Source of the DNA: Nanobdellota archaeon
GTDB lineage: Archaea > Nanobdellota > Nanobdellia > SCGC-AAA011-G17 > GW2011-AR17
Assembly: GCA_034718475.1 (NCBI GenBank)
Contig: JAYEMU010000049.1
Coordinates: 1 to 40,580 of the forward strand
Reading direction: 5' to 3'
DNA: 40,580 bases
The notes beneath the pieces are model-generated. The model saw only the letters and a program-made list of their open reading frames with translations, was not told the origin of the DNA and did not search any database. A program made the translations under genes and the position numbers. Of the stretch, positions 17,580 to 31,189 are shown in pieces. The stretch's first letter is position 1. Each line of letters starts with the position of its first letter.

Positions 17580-23208
<5,629 letters not shown>

Positions 23209-23423
23209 TTAATTTTTTACCAGCAAAAATTTGTGATAAATTTTAATTATTTTTATCTTCAGCATAAAACCTAATAACCTTATTATTTAAATACTTTTCC
23301 CTGCTCAAAATCCTCAAATTTTAAAGAATTAAGGCTAATACTATCAAAATAGGATTTTCGGATTTTTTAGAGAAAAAAACCAAAAACTTTATAAAGAAAA
23401 ATTAAAAATTTCAAAAATAATAA

Positions 23424-23438
23424 TAAGGTTTATAAAGT
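23424..23438 (+). promoter_or_regulatory. TATA promoter for the PIN-rpo7-spt4-S24e-S27ae operon
   Basis: 'taaggtttataaagt'. The TATA centre is about 22 nt upstream of ATG 23455. Confidence 0.4.
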
Positions 23439-23454
23439 AACAATCATCATTTTT

Positions 23455-23844
23455 ATGAATATGCAATATATTGTGCTTGATACAAATTTTTTAGTAACTT
23501 CATATAAGCAAAAAATAGATATTTTTACTAATTTAAAAAATCTTTTAGAGTTTAAATACCAAATTTATATAATAGATGCGACATTATTTGAATTAGAAAA
23601 GCTTATAAATGAAGGAACTATTATTGAAAAAACTGCAGTTAAAATTGGCTTAAAATTACTAAAAAGAAAAAATATAAAAATATTAAAAACTGCAAGAAAT
23701 AGGAGTGTAGATGATTTACTCTTGGCTTTGGATCCAAGACAATACATAATTGCTACACAGGATAAAGAATTAAAAAGAAAGCTTAAAAAGAAAAAATTCA
23801 AGATTTTGACCATTAGGCAAAAAAAGCATATTATTTTGGAGTAA
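23455..23844 (+). CDS. PIN-domain protein (Fcf1/Utp24-like, COG1412-type) at the head of the conserved archaeal rpoE operon
   Basis: 'IVLDTNFLV' (first acidic residue), '...IATQDKELKRKL', a size of 129 aa, and the conserved position upstream of rpo7. Confidence 0.65.
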   Translation: MNMQYIVLDTNFLVTSYKQKIDIFTNLKNLLEFKYQIYIIDATLFELEKLINEGTIIEKTAVKIGLKLLKRKNIKILKTARNRSVDDLLLALDPRQYIIATQDKELKRKLKKKKFKILTIRQKKHIILE

Positions 23845-23847
23845 AAA

Positions 23848-24420
23848 ATGTTTTATAAAATTCAGGTACAAGGACACATCAGGGTTCCGCCAATCTTTTT
23901 TGGGGAAGATAAGAAAGAAGCAGTTATGAGAAGCCTTAAACAGCAATTTGAAGGTTTTGTTTCTAAGGATATGGGATTTGTCTTGGGCGTTGCAGATATT
24001 GAAAATGTCAAAGAAGGCATAATTATTCCTGGTGACGGGGCAGCGTATTATGATACAAATTTTAATTTATTATGTTTCAAGCCAGAGCTTCAAGAAGTAA
24101 TCTTGGGCCGCATTAGTGAAATAACTGATTTTGGAGCTTTTATGAATCTTGGTCCTATTGATGGAATGATACATGTATCTCAAACTATGGATGATTTTGT
24201 TTCATTTAGTAAATCCGGTTCATTAACTGGAAAAGCAAGTAACAAAAGTCTTAAAGTTGGAGAATTATGTAGGGCAAGGATAATAGCTGTTAGTTATAAA
24301 GATATAAGCAATCCAAAAATAGGTTTAACTATGAGGCAGCATAGGCTTGGTGCATTGCAATGGATAGATGAAGAAATCCAAAATGAAAAGAAAAAAAAGA
24401 AACCAACTAATAAAAAATGA
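23848..24420 (+). CDS. rpo7: DNA-directed RNA polymerase subunit Rpo7 (RpoE')
   Basis: 'MFYKI...HIRVPP', then an S1-like domain 'GRISEITDFGAFMNLGPIDGMIHVSQ'. The C-terminus has a basic tail. Confidence 0.85.
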   Translation: MFYKIQVQGHIRVPPIFFGEDKKEAVMRSLKQQFEGFVSKDMGFVLGVADIENVKEGIIIPGDGAAYYDTNFNLLCFKPELQEVILGRISEITDFGAFMNLGPIDGMIHVSQTMDDFVSFSKSGSLTGKASNKSLKVGELCRARIIAVSYKDISNPKIGLTMRQHRLGALQWIDEEIQNEKKKKKPTNKK

Positions 24421-24599
24421 GAAAAGTATGTAAAAAATGCAAATTATTTGTAGAAGGTAATGAATGCCCTCTCTGCAAAGGGAAACAATTTTCAGATTCT
24501 TGGAAAGGAAGGATTATAATTACCGATCCATTAAAATCAGAAATTGCCAAAGTTCTGGGAATTACTGCAAAAGGTGAATATGCTATAAAGGTTAGATAA
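24417..24599 (+). CDS. spt4: Transcription elongation factor Spt4 (RpoE'')
   Basis: Zinc ribbon 'CKKC...CPLC', then 'SWKGRIIITDPLKSEIA'. 60 aa. ATGA overlap with rpo7. Confidence 0.8.
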   Translation: MRKVCKKCKLFVEGNECPLCKGKQFSDSWKGRIIITDPLKSEIAKVLGITAKGEYAIKVR

Positions 24600-24601
24600 A
24601 A

Positions 24602-24934
24602 ATGGAAATAAAAATAATTAAACAAAAAGATGTTCCTTTATTCTCAAGAAAAAGAATAACTGCATTAGTTACATCAACTGGACAAAGCACACCAAATAAA
24701 AAATCTTTGCAATTAAGTTTGTCAAAATTACTTAAAACAAAACCAAATTTAGTTGCAATAAGGCATATATATCAGCAATATGGCTCTGCTAAAGCAAAAG
24801 CAATAGTCCATATATATGATAAAGAAGAAGATTTGAAATATTTTGAAAGTGCTAAAACAATTTTCAAAGAAGAGAAGAAAGAAGAACCTAAAGAATTATC
24901 CCAAGGGACCACATCAAAGGAGAGTAAAGAATAA
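24602..24934 (+). CDS. rps24e: 30S ribosomal protein S24e, with a Glu/Lys-rich C-terminal extension
   Basis: '[12 protein letters not shown]....TPNKKSL...LSKLL....[24 protein letters not shown]'. Confidence 0.85.
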   Translation: MEIKIIKQKDVPLFSRKRITALVTSTGQSTPNKKSLQLSLSKLLKTKPNLVAIRHIYQQYGSAKAKAIVHIYDKEEDLKYFESAKTIFKEEKKEEPKELSQGTTSKESKE

Positions 24935-25119
24935 TGGCAAAAAAACAAGTTAAGAATCATAAAACCAGTCAAAGATATTCCAAATATAAAATCTCAGGAG
25001 ATAAGATTGAAAGGAAATTAACTTGCCCCAAATGTGGACCAGGCATTTTTTTAGCAGAACATAAAAATCGAAAGACTTGCGGCAAATGTGGATATACTGA
25101 ATTTTCAAAGAGTCAATAA
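24934..25119 (+). CDS. rps27ae: 30S ribosomal protein S27ae
   Basis: Zinc ribbon '[25 protein letters not shown]'. 61 aa. The start overlaps the S24e stop by 1 nt. Confidence 0.85.
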   Translation: MAKKQVKNHKTSQRYSKYKISGDKIERKLTCPKCGPGIFLAEHKNRKTCGKCGYTEFSKSQ

Positions 25120-25635
25120 ATAAACATCAAGTATTTCAAAAAATATTTTTTTCTCTTCTAGAAGCAAATATTTATAATCATATTTTTCAAATAATTCTAC
25201 AACTGGTCCAGTTAAAGAACTAAAGAGCAAAAGAATCTTGCCATTAGAATTAAGATGCTTCTTCGCATCATGCAAAAACTTTTCTATAAGCTCGTAACCC
25301 TTTTTTCCACCTGTTGTTGCTAATCTGCTATCTTTATCCTCAAGTGGGTCTTCTGGAAGATATGGCGGATTAAAAATAATAAAATCAAATTTACCTTTAA
25401 TATTTGAGAATAAATCAGAATGGCAGGATTTTATGCCTTTTTCTTCGAGTAATTTTACAGCCCCTTTATTTATGTCTGCTGCTAAGACATCATCAGTTTT
25501 TTTTCGGGCAGCAATAGCTTGTATTCCCGAACCAGATCCCATATCCAAAACCTTGCCCCTAACAAACTTTATTACAAATTTCCTTAAAAGAAATGAATCT
25601 TCTCTTGGCTCATAGATCATTTTAATGCTTTGCAA
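25105..25635 (-). CDS. HemK-related archaeal methyltransferase (Mtq2-like N5-glutamine methylase)
   Basis: SAM motif I '[13 protein letters not shown]' and substrate motif 'IIFNPPYLP'. 176 aa. Confidence 0.8.
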   Translation of the reverse strand: MQSIKMIYEPREDSFLLRKFVIKFVRGKVLDMGSGSGIQAIAARKKTDDVLAADINKGAVKLLEEKGIKSCHSDLFSNIKGKFDFIIFNPPYLPEDPLEDKDSRLATTGGKKGYELIEKFLHDAKKHLNSNGKILLLFSSLTGPVVELFEKYDYKYLLLEEKKIFFEILDVYLLTL

Positions 25636-26060
25636 TATTCCTTAATTCTTTCAACAATGGCTTTCAAATAAAATTTTTCAATTTTTTCTTCAAATAAGGT
25701 AATTAAATTTTCATTTTCAGTAATCATATAATTATTTTGTTGCTTGTCAACCAAGTAAATATCACGTAATCTTTTAAGTTGTCTGCGTATATTTGATGGC
25801 GCAACACCGAGGATTGGAATTTTCGCATTTTTACGTAATTCAATGACTTTTTTGCCAATTTCCTCTGAATTGAGTGGCTTTTCAGAATCTAAAACAGCTT
25901 GAAGGACATCTACAACAACGTCCCTTGAATCACCTGGTTGCAATAACCCAATAGAAAGGCATAGCTTTTTTATGATACTCCTCCTATCTGTTTCATATGG
26001 CCTCTCATACTTTCTTAATGTAATTTCAGATAAAGGGACTTCTTTTGATACTTTTCCCAT
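25617..26060 (-). CDS. Winged-helix DNA-binding protein, hypothetical regulator
   Basis: 147 aa. 'LNSEEIGKKVIELRKNAKIPILGVAPSNIRRQLKRLRDIYLVDKQ' resembles a wHTH recognition helix plus wing. Overlaps the downstream methylase gene by 19 nt. Confidence 0.45.
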   Translation of the reverse strand: MGKVSKEVPLSEITLRKYERPYETDRRSIIKKLCLSIGLLQPGDSRDVVVDVLQAVLDSEKPLNSEEIGKKVIELRKNAKIPILGVAPSNIRRQLKRLRDIYLVDKQQNNYMITENENLITLFEEKIEKFYLKAIVERIKEYCKALK

Positions 26061-26121
26061 ATAAGATAAAACAATTAATAAGTTTAAATAATTTACTTAC
26101 GAAATATATTCACAAGCATAA

Positions 26122-26136
26122 TCAAGTTTATATATT
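26122..26136 (+). promoter_or_regulatory. TATA promoter for the Mre11-like gene (leaderless pattern)
   Basis: 'tcaagtttatatatt'. The TATA centre is about 29 nt upstream of ATG 26160. Confidence 0.45.
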
Positions 26137-26159
26137 TACACAACAAACCCATAAAATAT

Positions 26160-27359
26160 ATGAAATTTGCCCATATAGCTGATATGCACATTGGAGGATG
26201 GTCTGATCCTAAAATGACACAATTAGGATTACAAACTTTTAAAAAAGCTCTTCAAATTTGTGTGGACAAAAAATTAGATTTCATACTTTTCGCAGGGGAC
26301 CTATTTAATAGTGCCATGCCTCAAATCGATCTTATAAAAGAAGTAGCAGGCATATTAAAAGAAATAAAAGACCATAATATTCCAATTTATTATATTGCTG
26401 GATCACATGACTTTTCAGCATCAGGAAAATCAATGCTTGAGGTTTTAGAAAAAGCAGGCCTCTTAAAGAATGTTGCAGAATTTGATGAAGAAGGAAAATT
26501 AAAATTCACGAAGCATAATGAAAAAATAAAAATTACTGGTTTAATGGGGAAAAAAGGGGGATTAGATAAGCTTGATTATTTGAATTTGAAAAAAAAGCAT
26601 TTAGAAGAAGAAATAGGCTTTAAAATTTTTATGTTTCATGCAGCAATTAATGAATTTAAGCTTCCTGAACATGAAATGATTGAAGGGTTGCCTGCAGTTG
26701 CCTTGCCAAACAATTTTGATTATTACGCTGGAGGCCATATACATTATATTTATAAAACAGATTATGGCAATGGCAAATTAACTTTCCCTGGAGCACTTTT
26801 TCCAAATAATTTTAAGGAATTGGAAGAATATAAACAAGGTAATTTTTATATTATTGATGAAAATTTAAATATTGAAAATATACCCTTAAAAATAAAAGAT
26901 GTGTTGACATTTAATTTTGATGCCACTAATAAAACACCAAATAATATTAAAAATGAAATCATAAACACTATTCAAAAAGAAGAAGTTAATGATAAAATTA
27001 TTCTACTTCGTATAAAGGGGGAATTAATTTCAGGCAAGCCTTCTGAAATAAATTTCAAAAGCATTTCTGAACATTTTGAAAATGCATATTATATAGGGAA
27101 GAATATAGCTAAATTAAATTCTAAAAAATTCAACAATTTAAAAATTGAGCAGGGCGAAGCTAAAGAAGTAGAAACAAAGTTAATCCAAAATCAGGCAAGC
27201 AATAAAGGTATTAATATTGAAGATAAGGAAAGACTTACAAAAGAATTGATTGATTCTTTGAATAAAGAAAAGGAAGATGGCGAAAAAAATGCAGACTTTA
27301 ATGAAAGAATATTCTCAGAGGTTAAAACCCTATTAAATTTAAATGAAATTTATGATTAA
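26160..27359 (+). CDS. Mre11/SbcD-like calcineurin-fold phosphoesterase (DNA repair exonuclease family)
   Basis: Motifs I 'IADMHIG', II 'AGDLFNS', III 'IAGSHDF' (GNHD with Asn replaced by Ser), IV 'FMFHAAI', and V 'AGGHIHY'. No Rad50-like gene follows. Confidence 0.65.
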   Translation: MKFAHIADMHIGGWSDPKMTQLGLQTFKKALQICVDKKLDFILFAGDLFNSAMPQIDLIKEVAGILKEIKDHNIPIYYIAGSHDFSASGKSMLEVLEKAGLLKNVAEFDEEGKLKFTKHNEKIKITGLMGKKGGLDKLDYLNLKKKHLEEEIGFKIFMFHAAINEFKLPEHEMIEGLPAVALPNNFDYYAGGHIHYIYKTDYGNGKLTFPGALFPNNFKELEEYKQGNFYIIDENLNIENIPLKIKDVLTFNFDATNKTPNNIKNEIINTIQKEEVNDKIILLRIKGELISGKPSEINFKSISEHFENAYYIGKNIAKLNSKKFNNLKIEQGEAKEVETKLIQNQASNKGINIEDKERLTKELIDSLNKEKEDGEKNADFNERIFSEVKTLLNLNEIYD

Positions 27360-27370
27360 CTTTATAAAAT
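27356..27370 (+). promoter_or_regulatory. TATA element upstream of the GTG-initiated lipoprotein gene
   Basis: 'ttaactttataaaat', about 25 nt upstream of GTG 27390. It overlaps the stop codon of the preceding gene. Confidence 0.35.
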
Positions 27371-27389
27371 CTAAAATCATAAGAATATC

Positions 27390-28346
27390 GTGAAAAAAAG
27401 TTTAAAAATTCTTTTGCTTTTAACAGCAATGAGTATCCCTAGTTGTTCTTCCAGATTTTCTTATGATAGGCCAAACATAAAATATTCATATTATAAACAG
27501 CAAAAGAAATGGTATTATCTGGATTATCATTTTGACTTGAATCCTAAAAAGAAATTAACTGATAATTTCCTCCCCAGAATCCATCCTGCTTATAAACCTA
27601 ACACGATAGAAGTAAATGATACTTCAAAAAATAAATTTACAGCAAAAGCTTTTATGAAACGCAGTATTGATTCAGTAATAGCTAAAAGATATGTTAGAAA
27701 GGGTTTGGAAAAAATACTAAAAAATTATAAAACTGGCAAAATCAAAAAAGGCCATCTTAATTTGGCCAAATCTGCAATTAATTATTTTAGAAAAGATATA
27801 AGTACAGATGCAGGCAAGGGCAAATATTCTTTAAGTACTGAAGGATATAAAACACATAATTTTAATTCCTCAATAAATAAAATGAGTGTTGCATTTCAAA
27901 CAATTGGTGACAGCAGACAGACGTTGTCTGAATTTTTAACAAAGCATAAACCCTATTACTTGGGAGACTGTGATGATTTTGCAATAGCTTTAACTTCTAT
28001 TTACGAAATAATGAGAAATATAAGCCAAAATAAAAAAGGAAAATTTTGGGAAAATTTATCTCTCGAATTAAAAAGGATGCAGATTGCATATACAGTAGAG
28101 GCAAATAGCCGATTTGCTCATGCCATAAATCTTTTAATAATTTATAACAAAGATTTTACAAAAGCAATTGTGAAACCAATTGAACCTCAAGTTTATAAAC
28201 GTAAAAACTTAGAGCAGGAAGTATTGCTTAACAACAAATCCCATTTGTTACATCTAACCAGATATAGGACATCCAAGGGGATATCTGCTGCACAATCAGT
28301 TATTAGATATTATTATAATTCAAAATCCTGTTTTAAACTTAAATAA
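27390..28346 (+). CDS. Lipoprotein with a possible transglutaminase-/papain-like cysteine peptidase core
   Basis: Signal peptide with lipobox 'MSIPSC'. 'YYLGDCDDFAIALTSIY' resembles the Cys motif of transglutaminase-like/BTLCP families (GDCEDYA), followed by 'FAHAINLLI' (His) and 'IEPQ'. The assignment rests on motifs only. Confidence 0.4.
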   Translation: MKKSLKILLLLTAMSIPSCSSRFSYDRPNIKYSYYKQQKKWYYLDYHFDLNPKKKLTDNFLPRIHPAYKPNTIEVNDTSKNKFTAKAFMKRSIDSVIAKRYVRKGLEKILKNYKTGKIKKGHLNLAKSAINYFRKDISTDAGKGKYSLSTEGYKTHNFNSSINKMSVAFQTIGDSRQTLSEFLTKHKPYYLGDCDDFAIALTSIYEIMRNISQNKKGKFWENLSLELKRMQIAYTVEANSRFAHAINLLIIYNKDFTKAIVKPIEPQVYKRKNLEQEVLLNNKSHLLHLTRYRTSKGISAAQSVIRYYYNSKSCFKLK

Positions 28347-29265
28347 TTTTGTATTTAGTACTTATTAATCCCCATTCTACAAACAAGAAGAATATTGCAG
28401 CTGCTAAAAGATATAATGATAAATCTTTTTTAATTGGACTTTGCCTAAAATTGGCAATTGCTAAAAATGCTTCTTTAAGACTTTCTTCATCTGTTGGTTT
28501 AAAATATTGTCCGCCAGTACTATCTGCTATTTCTCTAAGCCCCTCTTCATCTAAGCGGAAAGTAGCAGATATGTCCCCAATTGGTGCCCCTTCTTTAGTG
28601 CCTATACCAATTGTATGCACTACAATTCTATCATCCTTAATGTATTCTAATCCAGATTGGGGAGTAATCCCAACATTATCCTGGCCATCTGTAAGTAAAA
28701 CTATGGCCCTGGGCTTATCAGAATTCATGATATTGGCAGAAGTAATAATCGCCTGCCCAATGTCTGTCCCACCCAACTTTTCAATTTCAACCCCTTTTAT
28801 TGTATTAATTATTTGATTAACATCACTTGTAGGCTGGAGCTGGATATAACTTGCACCAGAAAAAGTAACTAAGCCCATGTCAATATGGCCTGGCAGATTG
28901 TTTGCAAATAACAGCATTGCCTCTTTTGTAGCTTCTAAACGATTAGGCAGATAATCTTCAGCAAGCATACTGCTGGATGCATCCATGGCAATAACTAATT
29001 CAAAATCAGTTGATGTTCCTATATACCACAAAGATGTACCTGCTGCCGCAAAAATTAAAAAAATAACCACAATCAATCTCATTAGCAATAATAAAACATT
29101 TTTGCTTACTATTTCACCACCAGTTATTCTCCGAATGGCATCAAAATTTGCAAATCTCAAAGCCTGTTCTTTGCCATGCTTCAAACTATAAAAATGAATA
29201 AATATCAATAAGGGCAATATCCCTATTACCCAAAGGTATACTGGTTTTGCAAAAACTATCTCCAT
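28339..29265 (-). CDS. Membrane-anchored von Willebrand factor A protein (BatA-like)
   Basis: N-terminal TM helices, MIDAS 'AMDASSSM', 'VLLTDGQDNVG', and a C-terminal TM 'LLAAAIFFLFVEWGLI'. Confidence 0.8.
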   Translation of the reverse strand: MEIVFAKPVYLWVIGILPLLIFIHFYSLKHGKEQALRFANFDAIRRITGGEIVSKNVLLLLMRLIVVIFLIFAAAGTSLWYIGTSTDFELVIAMDASSSMLAEDYLPNRLEATKEAMLLFANNLPGHIDMGLVTFSGASYIQLQPTSDVNQIINTIKGVEIEKLGGTDIGQAIITSANIMNSDKPRAIVLLTDGQDNVGITPQSGLEYIKDDRIVVHTIGIGTKEGAPIGDISATFRLDEEGLREIADSTGGQYFKPTDEESLKEAFLAIANFRQSPIKKDLSLYLLAAAIFFLFVEWGLISTKYKII

Positions 29266-30167
29266 TTTTTTCTTCTTCTCATATCAAAAAATTTGAATAA
29301 TGATTCTAAATAATCCTGATCTGTAGAAAGCTCCATATAATCAATACTATGATCATCAAAAAAAGCAAAAAGATTCTTATCCTGTTTTTTAGTAAAAGAA
29401 CTATATCTTTCCTGTAGCAATGATGAGTCAATAAGTAATCTTTCATGTGTATAAGGATCTTGAACTATTACCTGGCCGACTTTATCAGGCAAACTTTTAT
29501 CTCTTGGATCTCTTACTAGAATGCAGATTAAATCAAACTTAGCAGCCATCAAACGCATTCTATGTTGCCATGCTTTATCTTGTAGCCCATAAAAATCTGA
29601 AATAACAATAACCACAGAACCTTTTTTCTTTATGAAATTTAATGCAAATTTTTCTCCAGCATCGAAATTAAAGCCACCACCATACAAATCAGGGTCAATA
29701 ATTTGATCAGCCATTTGGTAAAAATGTGGCGTCCCTTTATTAGCTTGTGTTATATGCATTACTTGATCAGAAAAAGCAATTAAGCCAACTGCATCTCCTG
29801 CAGAAAGAATTGTATAAGCCATAGCTAAAAGAAATTCTGCAGCATATTCATTTTTTAATTTTTTAGTTGAACCAAATATCATACTTTGGCTAACATCTAA
29901 AAGAAAATAAATTTCTAATTCCCTAACTTCCCTATATTTTTTTACTAAAAGTTTTTTAGTTCTAACTGAAGCTTTCCAATCAATTTCACTTGCATCCAAT
30001 GCAGGATTATAATCCTTAAATCCATCAAATTCTAAGCCACCCCCCTTAAAAAGACTTATATATTCTCCAAGAATTTGAGTTCTGACCAGCCTCTTAGTTA
30101 AAGCTTCAATTTTTTTAACTATGGGGGTTACTTCAACATTCAATCTTCTCTTATTCTGTTTTGCCAT
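29256..30167 (-). CDS. DUF58-family protein (VWA-like partner of MoxR)
   Basis: 'FDGFKDYNPALDASEIDWKASVRTKKLLVKKYREVRELEIYFLLDVSQSM' matches the DUF58 signature (R.Y..GD....IdWkasar...l.vk.....). Confidence 0.8.
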   Translation of the reverse strand: MAKQNKRRLNVEVTPIVKKIEALTKRLVRTQILGEYISLFKGGGLEFDGFKDYNPALDASEIDWKASVRTKKLLVKKYREVRELEIYFLLDVSQSMIFGSTKKLKNEYAAEFLLAMAYTILSAGDAVGLIAFSDQVMHITQANKGTPHFYQMADQIIDPDLYGGGFNFDAGEKFALNFIKKKGSVVIVISDFYGLQDKAWQHRMRLMAAKFDLICILVRDPRDKSLPDKVGQVIVQDPYTHERLLIDSSLLQERYSSFTKKQDKNLFAFFDDHSIDYMELSTDQDYLESLFKFFDMRRRKKWR

Positions 30168-30168
30168 T

Positions 30169-31143
30169 TTAAGGAACAGGCACTCTAGAAAGAATTTCTT
30201 TTATAACCATGTCTGGAGTAATTTTTTCAGCTTCAGCTTCATAAGTCAGCATTAAGCGATGCCTTAAAACATCATAAGCTACGTCCTTTACATGCTGTGG
30301 CGTTACATATTCTTTCCCCTGCAGAAGTGCTTGAGTTTTAGAACCAATAAACATCCCAATTGAAGCCCTTGGAGATCCGCCCCAATCAATATATTTTGCA
30401 TATTTAATATTATATTTGGCTGGATTCCTAGTTGCATCTGTAATTCTTACAATATATTTTTCAATATCCTTATCAAGATAAATTGTTTGAACAAATTTCT
30501 GCAAATCCAAAATTATTTTTGGTGATAATACATGATTTAATTTAAACTCTTCAAATTTTCTTAGGGAGATATTCGTATTGAGAATTTGTTGTTCCTCATC
30601 CATGGATGGATACCCCATTAGCAATTTAAAAAGAAACCTATCAACTTGTGCTTCAGGCAACCTATAAGTCCCCTCTTGTTCAATAGGATTCTGGGTAGCC
30701 ATAACAAAAAAAGGATTTTTCATGGCAAATGTTTCTTTGCCAATTGTTGCTTGTTTTTCCTGCATGGCCTCTAATAAAGCTGATTGAGTTTTTGGAGGGG
30801 CACGATTAATTTCATCTGCTAATATATAATTAGCAAATATTGGTCCCTTAATTGTATAAAATCCCTTGCCCTCTTGATAAGTTTGTAGCCCAATAATATC
30901 AGTAGGCAACAAATCCACAGTAAATTGAACTCTGGCAAATTCACAGCCTGTTACTTTAGCCAAAGTCCTAACCAAAAGGGTTTTAGCAATACCTGGAATA
31001 CCTTCAACCAAAACATGGCCATTTGCCAGAAGGCCTCTTAAAAACCCATCCACTACTTGTTCTTGACCAATAACTGCCTTCCTTACTTCTTTTTTAACAT
31101 CAACCAATAAGTTATGATATTTTTGAAATTTTTTTTGTTCCAT
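30169..31143 (-). CDS. MoxR-family AAA+ ATPase
   Basis: Walker A 'EGIPGIAKT', Walker B 'ILADEINRAPPKTQSALLEAMQE', 'VMATQNP.E.EGTYRLPEAQVDRF', and a C-terminal lid 'GGSPRASI'. Confidence 0.9.
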   Translation of the reverse strand: MEQKKFQKYHNLLVDVKKEVRKAVIGQEQVVDGFLRGLLANGHVLVEGIPGIAKTLLVRTLAKVTGCEFARVQFTVDLLPTDIIGLQTYQEGKGFYTIKGPIFANYILADEINRAPPKTQSALLEAMQEKQATIGKETFAMKNPFFVMATQNPIEQEGTYRLPEAQVDRFLFKLLMGYPSMDEEQQILNTNISLRKFEEFKLNHVLSPKIILDLQKFVQTIYLDKDIEKYIVRITDATRNPAKYNIKYAKYIDWGGSPRASIGMFIGSKTQALLQGKEYVTPQHVKDVAYDVLRHRLMLTYEAEAEKITPDMVIKEILSRVPVP

Positions 31144-31189
31144 ACATTCAATCCTAAGATTTACATCTTTTTATATTTTATTATAAAAA

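Noticed and set aside
27390-28346. The ORF downstream of the Mre11-like gene as a diverged Rad50.
   Set aside because: It is only 318 aa. It has a signal peptide and lipobox, no Walker A/B or signature motif, and no long coiled coil.
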